This document shows positions 12,425 to 25,705 of a stretch of 64,000 nt of DNA, one piece after another (the first letter of the stretch is position 1; every line of letters begins with the position of its first letter). The stretch lies in assembly GCF_024521635.1 (NCBI RefSeq), contig NW_026250403.1:1116001-1180000 (forward strand). The letters run 5' to 3'. Below the pieces are notes generated by a model, which saw only the letters and a list, made by a program, of their open reading frames with translations, did not search any database and had not been told where the DNA came from. The position numbers and the translations under genes were made by a program. This DNA comes from Tricharina praecox. Taxonomy: Eukaryota.

Positions 12425-15400
12425 ATGGAGAACTTTTCGTCGGCCCTCCCCCGAATAGGTACTTTGGGATCAACCCCTGGCCTTCACGGACCGGCCCCGT
12501 CTCCCAGTGGGAGCTTCGACATGGGTGGGTTCCCGGGTTTTGATATTGTCCAAAGATTGCTCTTGAGGTTCGGATTGGATCCTAGCCTGTTGGGTATGTT
12601 TTTATCCTCCTCCTCGTCCTCGTCCTCCACTCCCTCCCCCTCCTGTTATGGGGGTAGCAGCGGATCGTCACTTGGCTCCATGCGCATTTTCCGCTGCTGC
12701 CAGTGGTAGTGCTGAATGTGGAAGCAATATGGCTGTGTATGTACTAACGGATGTCATGCAATTTGGAAAACAAAAGTCACATTGGGCATGTCACTTACAC
12801 TCTTGACATCGCTGCTGTCGTTCTTTACATACTCATTCGGCTCGCTTACCACCATAACACGATTCATGTCGGCAAATCTGGTGTCCTCGGCGACTATCCA
12901 TTCCTCCGATGTCACGTACCTCTACATAATGAGATGGCTGGCCACGCACAAAATCTCGACCGATTGCCGGCTGTTCTGCGTGACCTCTCGCAAGAACCCC
13001 CAGAGCTACGCCGTAAGACGGTACAGCTCCTACGCTCCCTATGGAGATGGCAACAGGGCGTGTCAGGAGGACGACGAGGATGGAGACGACGACGGGGGCT
13101 GTGAAGATGATTCCCTGGGGCCCAAGCTAAAATACACCCCAGCTCCCGGTAAGCCTTTCCGTTCCGCACCCCTCCCTCCCCCCTCCTCCCCCCCTTCTCA
13201 TTCGTCGTGGTGGTTTTTTCTCTCTGCTCTTGTCCCGATCGGGTCACATTGGAGGGTTTTCGGTTGTTTTTCCCAAGCCCTTGTTTTCGCTGTCAGCCCT
13301 GCAGCCCGAGACTGCCTAGATACCACACTTCGGAAGTCAATCATGCGTTGTGCCGTCTGTGTATGTGGGGGATCAGAACCGATGTTGCTTTTTCCTGCAT
13401 CTGGTTTTCTTTATTTATTTTTCTCTTTCCTTTTCCTTTGTTCTGCGGAGCTCTTAATCTATCCGGGACCGTTCTGCACGCTTTCCTCCAGCCCTCCGCT
13501 TTCTCTCACCCCTTCCTGCACCCGGACTCATCTCCAGGGAAGATGAGTCGTCCGTCCCATATCGAAAAGAAGGGATTGTTGCTATGGTGTGATTTGTGTA
13601 AGGCGCTGGAGCAAGCATTAACGTTCTTTTCCAGGCTTTCTCTATTTTTGGCACGGGGGACGACCGATAATTATCAACAGAAAATTAGATTTATCGTACT
13701 ACACCGGCGACATACCGGATGAGACGATTGTGAGGGCCGTTGGCAGCCTAAAAAATGTTCGCAGAAGCTAACCCGCTGCGTTTTTTCAGATCCTCACGAC
13801 AATAGGTCGGTCGCCGTCTTTTCTGCGAGATATCCTCAATGAGGCCAGACGGGATTATCTCCAGGCCCAGTCCCGCAAGACGATGGTGTACACGCTCTCG
13901 CCAACACCCTTCGCTCAGAAGACCTGGGACCAAGGTCGACACCGCCCTTCGCGCGACATCTCGACAGTCATCATGCCTCCGGAGCAAAAGGAATTTCTCC
14001 TGCAAGACGTGAAGGAATACTTGAATCCGCATACGATGAGGTGGTACGCTCAGCGTGGACTGCCATACCGCCGTGGATATTTGTTTTACGGGCCACCCGG
14101 AACGGGAAAGACCAGCCTGAGCCTCGCCCTTGCTGGGGAATTGAAACTGCCGTTGTATATCCTTAGTCTTTCGACTGGATCACTGACCGATGAAACCCTC
14201 ACGATGCTGTTTGTTGGATTGCCGAGGAAGTGTATCGTTTTGCTGGAGGACATCGACTGCGCTGGGGTCCACCGCAGTGGTGGCCATACGAATGACTATG
14301 AGTCTGATTCTTCCGATGACGACGATGACGATGAGGATAGCGAGTCGGATGGAGACAGTACAGGAAAGACCGCGAGCAAATCGACCACAAAAGGCAGCGG
14401 GGGAGGGGGAGGAGGTTCGGGAGACAAAAAGTCGACATCAAAGAGCAGTAGCAACAACAACAGTTCCAAAAACTCGGGACCGGGCCAGACCCGTCGGCCT
14501 CGTATATCGGTCAGCTTTTCGGGATTGCTCAACGCGATTGATGGAGTTGCAAGCCACGAAGGACGTATACTCATAATGACCACTAATCACCGCGAACGTT
14601 TGGACTCTGCACTCATTCGCCCTGGCAGGGTCGATATCCAGGTCGAGTTTGGATACGCGGCGAAGGAAACCCTTTCCGAGATCTTCCGCGAGCTCTACAA
14701 GGAGATTGGCGGGCGAAGCAGTATTAGCCTTGCTAGTGGTGGCAAGCTCTTCGACAAGAAGGAGAAACAGAGGCCGGAATCTGCGGAGAAGGAGCGGGTA
14801 CGCCAGCTAGCAGACACATTTTCCGAGCGGATTCCAGCCAACAGGTTCACACCGGCAGAGATACAGGGTTATCTGATGTCTTACAAGGGACAACCCGAGA
14901 AGGCCATGGATAATATCGACGACTGGGTTCTGGAAAAGACCAAAGTGGAGAGGGAAAAGAAGGCAAAGGCCGAGAGAAGGAAGAGGAAGGAGCAGAAGAT
15001 TACGGCCGCCGAACTCGACAAGGAAGCTGCAACCCAATTCAACACGAACGGCTTCACCGGCGGTGGCGCTAAACCGCCCCCCGATGCTACCTCGCCTGCT
15101 CAGGACGCGTTGACTCACAGTCTCGCAACCATCGCCAGCAGTGAAAACCTACAGCCAATCTTGCAAGCCCTACTTCAACTGGTTGCGCAGAGCCCTGTGC
15201 AGAACTCTACGAACAACCCAACGGTTCCCCCGGCCAGTACGACTACGCCTTTGCACGGTGGACGCACTAACGAAGTGGCAACCAGTCGCAGCTCCACTAA
15301 TGCGGTGGACGATTACACAGACGACCACACATACAAACCTACATCCAACCTATCGAAGGATGAAGAGTGGGAGAGGATCTCCAACGGCACCAATGGGGTT

Positions 15401-15505
15401 GACAAGAAGACGGACGCGAAAATGACCAACGGTGTGCATAAAACCAACGGGGTCAGCAAAACCAATGGTGTCGGCAATCGCGATCTGTACGTTCGAGCGG
15501 GTTGA
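12425..15505 (+). CDS. BCS1-like AAA+ ATPase (BCS1_N + AAA domains)
   Basis: Exons 12425..12593, 12777..13148, 13635..13729 and 13790..15505, joined by canonical GT-AG introns in consistent phase. Motifs: KYTPAPG-FLYFW, GRSPSFLRDILNEAR, GLPYRRGYLFYGPPGTGKTS (Walker A), IVLLEDID (Walker B), SFSGLLNAIDGV, MTTNHRERLDSALIRPGRVD, FTPAEIQG. Confidence 0.92.
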
Positions 15506-18500
15506 GGATTTCAGCGTGCGTCACGGGACGTTGCATTTGCACAGCGATAAAGGATGCGGCGACAACAACAAATTGTGCATGTGGTGGTACGGAATTTTCT
15601 TTCGGGCGGATGCGTACGGGAGGCGTTATTTTTTTGTGGCTATAGTGAGTTCGGGGAAAAGGGAGGGAGGGAGGGAGTTGAGTTTGATGTGTTGGCGGAA
15701 GGTTGTGCTCTGGAAGTCGACTTCGTTTGGGGGAGGAAGGAAGCGGTAGGGCGGGTGGGCGGCTGCAAGGCTTCCAGGTTCAAGCATCATACATGGAGGC
15801 GGGTCCGTTTGCCTGTCTGCGCCGTGCGCCGTGCGGGGAGCATCTATTGTTCTATTGTACCGCCATACATTTGTCCGCGAGGAATGGGGTTGCATGTGGC
15901 GGTGGTGATGACGGTGGTGGCGATAATCTTTCCATGTACATAAATATTTCGTACTCAAGTAAGCGCACAACCGCTGCGGCCTATTCTCTTCTTTTGGGGC
16001 TGTTTTCTTGCTTTTTTTCTTGTTACTCGTAGGTATTTCATTTTTTTACTGTTATTTCTTTCTTCAGTTTTTTACGATACGATTGGAGTTGTCTGCCATT
16101 GAAACATTCTCTCTCTCTCTCTCTTTTGCCATTCGATTCGCTTCCAGAATCCTGCGTTTACATACAGGAAGTCGCCGAAAGTGTTAGTTTATGTTATGCC
16201 CTTTTGCCTTATTTGCCTTATTTTTGTGGAGAGGCGCAATCCTGATCCGTGACGGGGTTTCTTGTCTACGAGTAGAGTACAGGTACTCTAGGTACGTTAG
16301 AGTAGACTATTGATCATTCGTTCATTGGATAGTTGGAACGGTCACGGCACGGGTTCTGGGTTCTAGGGTATGTATATTGTATTCGAGTATTTTGTTTTTA
16401 TCTTTATGTTGGAGGGGGTGTGTCCAGTTCTACATACAGGAGACTGAACATGTAGAACATATGCCTCCCACCACCACCACCACCACCACCACCGAACGAA
16501 GTACCGTTTGTTTGTAGTGCGGCTAGAAGAAGAAGACTTTGGGCACTTTTGCGGGTTTTGCGGGCTTCAGAAGCACTGCTACATATGCTAACTATGCTAT
16601 GCAATGCTAGATGTGCAATGCAATGCAAAGTGGAAAGCTGCTGGCGTACGAAGTAGGTAGCTAGGCGTGTTTGTTGCTCATGTGCTTGTACTTGTTGCCG
16701 TGATGTCATATGTACTGTCCGTGGCCGTGTCTGTATCTGTATCTTTGTCCGTGTCTGTATCTGTTGCCCGCGATTGTGCCCGCGAGCCCGCATGCCCGCC
16801 GTGTCAGTGCCCGTGTTAGTTCCCGTTTCGGTGTTTGTGTCTGTGTCCGTGTCAGTGCCAGTTCCAATTCCAGTGCTAGTGCTGTGTGCGTATTCCCGTG
16901 TTCGTGAGCTCCTAGGACGGCCAACCAGGAGATAGGAAGGGTAGGTATCGATAGTGTTCGATAGCTGTTGCCTGTGTTCGCTGGCTGCTGCCTGTGTGAT
17001 GGAGGGGGGTGCGCCGAGTCATGTCCCACAGTGCACACCACAAGATTGGATCGGTTTTCGCCCGTTCCGGAGGCATCCCCTCCCATCCCCCACGAGCCGC
17101 AAGCTGCCGAAACCCGCGCTGCTGTTGGATAGACGAACGGGGGAGAAACACAACGATTTGGCATCAGATGCTCGCACATACCATCCCAGCCCCCGCCCCC
17201 CCGCCCTCCCATATCATCAATTCATCACCATCACTACCACCACCACCTCGAACCTCGAACATGCCGGACCCCGCCCCGATCCTGATAGAGCTTTCTGCCT
17301 TCCTGTCTGGATTGTGCTTCTTCTTGCTGTCTTGCTGTGGTGGTCTGGAGCGGACTACAGGCAGTCGGCGTGTTGCTTTCAGAATTCAGACCTTGGTCGT
17401 GCCCACTGCTCAGGCAGCTGCGCTGGCCAGGCATGAACTCTGGAGCGCGAGGGTAGATCAGCAGGTTACCTGGTTTACTCGCAGTGTGGGATGCAGCATT
17501 TGGGCTGGTGAGGGGGGGGGGGGGGTGAGGGGGGTGAGGATTTGTAGATTGATGGACAAAGTGATAGGGAGTGAGGGGGGGAGGGTGGGGTTCCACATAG
17601 CTTTGGAAGCTGAAGGTTTCGGTGGAAACTCTTTTCTCATTCCATCCACCCTCCTCCCCCCCCCCTCCTCCTCCCCCTCCTCCTCTTTTCCTTCAGCTAT
17701 CCAGGTCTCATGGCCATCATCAAGATTTACGGCGAGAAGGTGCAGAGCTTTGGTCTGGCCCAGACTGGCTCAGCACACACACACCACTCCCCCCTCCTCC
17801 TCCCCCCGCCACACACACACACACACACTCGCTACTTCTTTCCCTCGGACACTGTCCGTCTCATCTCCCCCAGCTGGTTCGTGTAGCTGGCAGCGATCAA
17901 TCGGCCACGAGAAGAAGCGACCCCGCAGAGGAGTGGGGGTTGCAGATTTATCTGTGCGGCACGTGCCGGCACGAACCCCACCACGAGCGGTCCTCCTGTC
18001 CAGAACGGTTGAGATATTGTCTTGTGCTCATTTCTCGACGCAGCCAAAACCACTAAGGAACCTATCGGCCTGATCATCGGCTTCCCACGGATATCGGTGG
18101 GGCCGGTAGCCGGCGGAGATGGGATGGATTGATCCTCAACTAACTGGAGTCAGCCCGGTACGATTATTCCGTCGGAGTGGATTACATACATACGTACCTA
18201 GGACATGGACATCCGTCGCAATCCACATGAGCTTTCCCGCTGAGGCCTCCGCATAGATGGGTGGTTGGGAGAGGCGAGATCACCCTTATGTGATCGGGGC
18301 AGAAACCACGCGTAACTTAGGTAGTGAGTGGGTGAGCTGCGGATAGTTCGGATACGGGGAGGAATGGATACCACGCTGAGCAGGTATTCTAATCCTCCCC
18401 CCCAGATGAACAGGGTAAGCAGTCAGCGAAAGAGAGAGCTGGCCGCTATTTACCGTGGAGCCGCCCTTGTTTCGTTTACCCAACCAGAAACAAGCCGCCG

Positions 18501-21332
18501 CATGCGTACTATTTTTGTGTAACCTCTGACCGGCTCGTGTGTGAAACGGTAATCTTTCAGCCGCATAGGTGTCCTATGTATCATTGTACATATGATGATG
18601 ATATTCGAGAATGCAGAAGTGCGCATTGACTCATTTTCCCCCACCATTCCATCGGCGTCTGGCGACGGACGGACGTCGACGTAGAAGTCCCGGATGCCTA
18701 CCACTGCAGTTGCACTTGTACTCGGCTGGAGGGAAAGTCGTGCACCACCGGCACCACTACCAAATGGTGCTTGATGGGATGCACCACTTACCCTTACACC
18801 CGAGTACGGTAACTACGCCACGCAACGTAAGCATCCCCCGCCCGCCTCGACGTTCTTCTCGTGGGCCCAGCTAACTAGCAATCTCAGGCTTCCCTCCATG
18901 TCCAGGCAGCAGGCCGGGCAAAATTTCGAAGAGCACTATCACAGTCGCGGGTTTCGTGGCGTACGCATCCTCTCTAGCGGCGAGGATGGTGAGTCAACCA
19001 CTCTAGCTATGCTATGTACTATACATAGTCGATAAGGTTCCCCGGTCTGCGCCTGAATCTGCCAACTGGCTGTGTTTCTACGGCGTCGTCTACGGCAACT
19101 ACTTATCTTCTCAACAGAAGGATCGAGCGCGGCTCCGGAACGAAGCTTTTCGAAGCAGGTTGTTAATATCGCGGCGCAACGGAGTTCGCCATTTCGGACA
19201 TGCAACTAACTAGGAGTTCTACGCTTGCATGCGTTGCATGCAACCATGCTTGCGAGAAGCACTCCTCCGTGTAGGAGGATCCCGGAGTACGTCAGCAAAG
19301 CCCTACGTATGCGTATTTGTCTCGCCACAAACCAAACAGCATATGATATGCATTCCGCCACCTCCTAGGCATTCCTTCGCATGCGGTGTCGATTGCTGGA
19401 GAGAGGGAGAGAGAGAGAGGGAACATCGATTTGCGGTTGTCGCACGTGGCCTGCCGGGACTGGGTATGATGGCCACCTCCTGCCCGACCTCTAATTGCTG
19501 CCAGCTCCGCGGGAATATTGTCAATTGCTACGCTCCAGTTCTGACGGTGTGCGTGGCAGAGGGCATCCTGTCGAGTGACGACATGTGGTCGATACCCACA
19601 CACATGCACAGCGACAAATTCCTCCTGCTCCTCCGCCGCGCGGTACCTCGACACAGGCATACTCCCGAGGGATATATATTGAAGTGTTGCTATATTCTGC
19701 ACTGGCCTGCGTGCGTGCGTTTCGTGTCTAGGTAGCATACATAGCACGCTCGACCTCACGGCCACCCCCGCGCCGTACCGTGTAGAGCTTCACCAAGTTC
19801 AGACTTCTAACTGCGCACGTTTTTCCCTGCAAACTGCGCACGTTCGCTTACCCTGGTTGGGTATGGTACACTTGCATCCGTTCGCAAGCGGCGAGGGGCC
19901 CGATGCAAGCAGCGATGGAAAGTCATGTCCGTTTCGCTGGCGTGGGTCAAGCCTCCTCCCCCACTCCCGCTGGCCGTGTTCTCGATTGGGTCACGACAGC
20001 TGGAGGTCAGAGAGGGGGACCTCGTGAAGACCGTCATCGGGCTCGCGGGAAGTGCGTTTCGCAGCCTGGTGGTGCCGCCTTTCGCTGTGTGCGTCAAGGA
20101 AGTGTTCCGCCATATACGGGGACGACGGTGTGCAAGCAAAGCTCTCGGCAGCTTCGCATACGAGTGATAGTACATGATATCATTCTCCCAGCTCAGATAC
20201 ATTCCGAGGACCGTGTCTTCTCCGTGAGCGGAATCAACCAGTATCTATCAGTAGACTCACTACTGTATGTACCGAGAAGCCCAAAAAGAGCGGAGGGATG
20301 GAATTATCGAGAGTGTTGTATATTGGGCTATGTAAAGGAGAATCGGATATTGCCGAAATGGGAAGTAGGGACAAATTGCAAGGACAGATCCTGCGTATTC
20401 AGTGCTTAATTCTCTTCGTCGTCTCTGAGAGTTCTCGGCCTACTCCGCTGCCGCGCAGCCGCGCTGGCTTCAGAAACCTATGTCACATGAAATAGAAGCA
20501 TCATGCCTCGTTCTTTGGTATGTGCCTATGTGCTATATACTATGTAGAACATAGACCAGAGCCATGGCTTTCAGTTCCGGGTTTCAAATGTTTATACCAA
20601 AAGGCTTGTCGACGATACCATACCTACCTAGCACAAACATGCAAAATCACGCTGTGGTCACTAGCACACTTGAACCTTTCGTCGCTCAGTCCATGTGTAT
20701 TTTCGTCTATGCGGACCCCAACGTTTACTTCAGAATCCGGCGGTCCATTGATTCAATATCCGTCTTCGCTGAACTATCCATTAAGGCGATTGAAAGGCAG
20801 CCGCTTAACTCCAGGCTGCTCACCGTCTGGCGGGAAGCGAAGAAATGTAGGTACATAATGTCATAGCATGGGAAAAGATTCTCTAAAGCCTTCAGTCTTT
20901 CATTCAGTGTTCGACATACCTAGTCCGGGCCGGACGGACTGCCAAGATACAGCCCAGTCCGGCCCGAACCAACCTACCGTACCGTCTTCCTTCACCAAGC
21001 AGATACGATCCACGCACTGCCAACTTCACCTGACTAGCTAGGAGCGAGTCCATAACCTTCGACGTGTGGTGGGGCTTCATGAATTTAAGCACGGGTGGAG
21101 TCTACGATTCCCCTCGCCAGCCAACATGATTCTGAGTTTTCGTTGCATGGGCGGTCAATCGTAGCGCCATCAATAATGGTCCGGTGTGTTGGCGGGGAAA
21201 ACAATTGATGAGCCAAAAGTACTTTCCACTCGGAGACCAAATAGAACAGCAAATTGGTTACGAGGGATCGCAGCATGAGGCATATCACGTGATACTACCG
21301 AGTGATATCTAATTAGTGCTTCCTTCAGAAAC

Positions 21333-21471
21333 AAAAAACAAAAACCATCACCACCCCCGGTGGGTGGCTTGGAAACCCCAAGAGCTGAGTCTTGCACCCG
21401 GCTTTGAACCAGGAGCTTTCCCTCAACTCCCCTCGCCGATTGCGTGGCCTATACCACTAGACCACGCGGAG
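21333..21471 (-). ncRNA. tRNA-derived Pol III element (SINE head, tRNA pseudogene or structured ncRNA)
   Basis: Box A TGGTCTAGTGG (21454..21464) and Box B GGTTCAAAGCC (21400..21410) lie within a T-arm CCTGG-TTCAAAG-CCGGG. T5/T6 terminator at 21333..21344. The acceptor stem is degenerate and there is no canonical anticodon arm. Confidence 0.55.
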
Positions 21472-23513
21472 GTTTTTTCCGTGCTGGAAACATGAATTCG
21501 ATGTCTATAAAGTGGTGGGTGCCACCCCCGTGACGGACAAGCTCACCGCACCGCCTGCATCGAGCTGGATCTGATCTGATATGAGTATTTGGTAACCATG
21601 GCTCGTACTTGCCTACCTAGGCAGGTAGGGGACCGATCAACCTTTATGTAGGTAGTCGATTCTATTCCCGGATAACCCATACTGGATCTATGCCAACTGA
21701 GGCAGCTCCTCTCCGGACTCCGGAGTGGCGATCAGCCGAGGCTCAAAAACAGCATGTGTCATGGGGAGACACCAGAGAGCGGCCGTTGAAATAGAGTTAT
21801 CAGCGTAGCAATCTAACCCAGACGGGGTTCAATATGATCCGCGCGGTCGTCGGAGTTTCAAGTCGTGTACCAATGCTTCGGACTTCCAGACGCTTCTCAC
21901 GGCAGGAGACTCGCGCTTAAAGAGCATACCGTACCGTAGGTACTAGGGACCATTCCTCCGCCAACAATCACTGCACGGTACACACATCCGCAACCGGCAT
22001 ACCTGGGCACAACCACAGTCCACTACCGGTTCCTAGCAATACAGTGAGAACCTGCCAGACGTATCTCTTCATATAAAGCACAGCTAATCCTCGTCGGATA
22101 TAACAGCTCTTCGCCTGATACACCAGCTCCTCGCTGGCTACAACCGCTCACCGCCGTCGTAATCATTTATCCTCCTTCATCTCGCCAGCCTGGACAACAT
22201 CCGTCTCTCCACCGCGCGCCTCTTCGCTGAGCGGTTCATCGAACCAACGAGCCAACGAGTCCTCGCCCCACCTGCAAGTTTCCTCTCAAGCCCAGATTCC
22301 CTCCTTGACTGGAGCCACGGGTTTCCATGATTCGCTTAGCCAGAGATGGTGTGTGACTTTTGAGGGGGTGGTAAACGCTTTCGGTCAGCCTAATACCTAT
22401 CATAGGGAGAACGAGGGATCGATGTCGACCTGGAAAGAAAACGTTTGGGGCCGCTGCTCGCCAACCATGTTACGGTATGACCGACAACACGGGTTCAATG
22501 TGTAGCCATATTGATGACGTGATACTTCCGGCCACTCTGGCTGCGGACGCTGCAAGCATGAAAGAGAAAAAAAAATCTTCCTCTCGAGAGTGGGCTGGGC
22601 TGTTCCCGACAGAATCCTGCATCAGCCTACATAGCCGGTAGCCACGACCTGTGTACTCCGAATCGTACATACATAGGACCAAACAGATTTGCTGGCTGCC
22701 TTGCCTTGCCTTGCCTTGCATGATGAGCGTGCAGGGATGTGTTGGCGAAACGTGCGCACACGCGCAGCGGGTTTCCGACCGAGACTAGCCGGACATGGTT
22801 AGTTACGGCAGCTACCGGCCTGCCAGCGAGTGATTTTGAATGTAGCAGAGTGCCCAGTCCTGCACACGCGACCAGTGACCTGCAGTTCCTGCGGCCAGTT
22901 CAGCGGGTCAAGCAAGAGGTCCATGGTATCTAGTTACGGCTAGGATGTCCTTCCGCTCGCTGGACGTGGGTACAATGTATGCCGTTGAGTTGCTAGCCCC
23001 TACCCACTGCTATTCCCAACAAAAACAACACTTTACAACGGCGGTCCCATCATGCTTGATGTGCTTGAACATGTGCAATCTTGGAGCCCCCGGCCATCCC
23101 CGCGCCTTCGCCAGGCGCCTCGGGGGCTCCCGATCCCCCGCTCATGCAGGGGTAGTTGATATGAACGGCGATCGTCGCGACGCCAGGTTGTAGTGCACGT
23201 GGCAGACAATGCACGTATGTACCCTACATGGTAGGTACGTATGTCCTGCGAGCCGGAACGACTGAGGGCGAGATGTTGTGTTGGCGACTGCGGCTGCGCG
23301 TGGTGCGGCAAACAGTCCGGTTGCCAGGGGTAGGTAGGCCACTGGCGGATTGTAGAAGCACAGCGCTGTGAATTTTAAGTAGCGAATCGACGGTAGCGAA
23401 TCGGGAACGGGCCAGAAGTAGGTGGGAGAAACGGTGATATGTTTATCTTGACCACACGCTACCTACCGTGCGACATCATTCCCGATCCATGAACGGCTAC
23501 TCCGCACCGGTAT

Positions 23514-24397
23514 CAGTGCCTCCGGTAGCCCAGTCCAGTCCGTCTTTCGGCAAAAGTCGGGCTGGACTGAGAGGTTCAGTCCGGCAGGAGGCGTGGGTTG
23601 GACCGGGTAGTCGGCGCAACTGGTAGGGCTGGACTGACTGCAGTCGACTGGATGGACTGGTACTTTGAATGGAAAATGTTTGAAATCAGTAATGAACTTT
23701 TTGTACACGTCTATAGTACATACAGCTATTGCAGGTTCTCCTCGCAAAGTGGATTGAGCATAGTCTCCATCTCCTTGATATCGCCCTTTGTAGCAGCTAC
23801 AAGACCATCTCGTTGCCAGCTTTTGTGACATTCCAGGGCCTTCGGTGCGTCCTCACCCATGCTGCAGCGGCGATGAGAGAGTGTGAATTTAGTCCCACTA
23901 AAAACTCGTTCCGGCTCTGCTCTCATGGCGGGAATGCCCAAATACTCGAGGGCCATTCTGGCGAGATCTTTCCAGCGAGGTTCGTGTGATTTAATATTCG
24001 CCCAGTACTGTACCACATTGTCGATGGAATCGCATAGAGGCGGTTCCTGCTGGAAGACCTCCACCATATATTTATTCAGACGACAGTGGAGTAAGAGATA
24101 GAGAGCCGGCATGATAGGAAAAGAGAACATGTGATACGTTGAAAGAATGATGCCCGCTAGCCACATACCTAGTTCAACCCAAAGTTTTAGAAAGTGTCAG
24201 TCTGTCAGTCGACTGCAGTCCGAGGCGGCAAATCTTGGGGACGGACTGAATTCAAACCGTCCTCCAATTTTATGGACTGGACTATCAGGAGCACCGACCG
24301 CGGCGGGAATCCGCCGCCACCGCCGAGCGGGCCGTCCATCGCAAGTGCCGCGCGGTTTGCCGTCCAGACCAGATCAGACCGCTACTCTGGATGCCTT
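23514..24397 (-). mobile_element. Internally deleted hAT-superfamily DNA transposon
   Basis: ORF 23726..24166 encodes an hAT C-terminal dimerisation motif (WKDLARMALEYLGIPAMRAEPERVFSG..RRCSM..ALECHKSW). It is flanked by GGACTG/CAGTCC-rich subterminal repeats and a perfect 15-bp inverted pair at 23636..23650 / 24206..24220. Element ends are approximate. Confidence 0.8.
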
Positions 24398-25705
24398 AAT
24401 CGCATTCCTGGTTGCAGATTGAACCAGCCGCCATCCCAGGCCCCGGGGCAGTCAGTCACCGGTCACCGCCGTGCGGGGGTGGGCGGCCGGGGGTTTCTGT
24501 GTGCCACAACGGTTTCTGTGTGCCACAACGCATAGTCAGGGCTGTGTGACCCCTTTGCCCGCCACCATCCGCCGTCATGACAAGCATGGAATGCCGTGGG
24601 TCGGACCGTACGCACGTGTGCGGCGCCGACTGACCGACATCCCTCCCTGCCGCGGCTTGCTCTCGATCAAACATCCACGAGCCTGGCTCGGACGGGGTTG
24701 TAACTTGTTGCTTGAGGCTAACTACCGGTACGTACTCTACTCTACCAGTGACAGACTTCGCGGCCTGCAACTTGAGCTAGGTACCATGAGCTACCGTGAG
24801 CTAGCTATGTACCGCGGGACGGGCCGTCGTTACATGTTTCATAAGTAGATCACAGTTCCCTGTAACTACACTCTACTTCGGAACTTGGAAACTTGTTTTG
24901 AAAGTTGAAACACCGTCTGTCAGCGTAACACCCGAGGTAGTCCGTACACCAGGAGTTTGAAGTTTCCGGGTGCTATGTAGACGGTTGGACACTCACTGCA
25001 TCAGATTGGATGATCGAAGCCTCCACCGCAGCAAGAGATGCGAGCACAGTGTTCACCAGTATTCGCCAGGAACGGACTTCACAACGACCCGTCACGGTGC
25101 CAAATGCTCGGTGGTGGGATGCACCTCGTGATTTGTGATGAGTAGTATTTTGCCTAGCACGGCCCAGCAAGGCCCAGCTTTAGTTATCGATTCATACCAG
25201 CCTTATCAGGAAACGGGTCCGGAGTGTTGTCTTAGGCCTGCAGTGGTACCTATCGGTATCGGGGCCTGAACCTGGTCCACTGATCCATGCTCCCGTGACC
25301 GTGCATTGTCCTTCTAGGTTCAAAGTTCCGAAGTCATAACCGTGAGGGGCGGGTGTTCTAGATAGTCACTAAAGTCTCATTGAACGGTATTTACATGGTA
25401 CATTCTAGCTACGGATGACTTTTGCGTACCGTACCCTACTTGGCTGTGACTATAACACAATCACACGATGTCACCCGCATAGTGAGGATTCAGAGTCAGA
25501 ATCGCGGAGGACCCAGGGAATAGGTATGTACCAGTGAGGTAGTGCTACTACCTAGTAGAGTACTTGAGGACGACATATGTGGGGAAGAAAATCCTAACGA
25601 TAGAAGCCCAACTAAAATATGAAATAATCTGGAAAGGTCGAATGCATTATTATGAAACAAAAAAGTAAATATATACCCGCACACCAGCCCCTATGTATCT
25701 CGTAT

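Noticed and set aside
17690-17725. Minus-strand TGATGA...CTGA box C/D-like pair
   Set aside because: Too short, no terminal stem, and no rRNA-complementary guide I could identify.
17009-18073. 354-aa plus-strand ORF
   Set aside because: It runs through G/C homopolymers and CA repeats, is low-complexity, and has no recognisable domain.
22060-22470. Protein-like minus-strand fragments (e.g. WGEDSLARWFDEPL)
   Set aside because: Interrupted by stops and not assignable to any family without a search.
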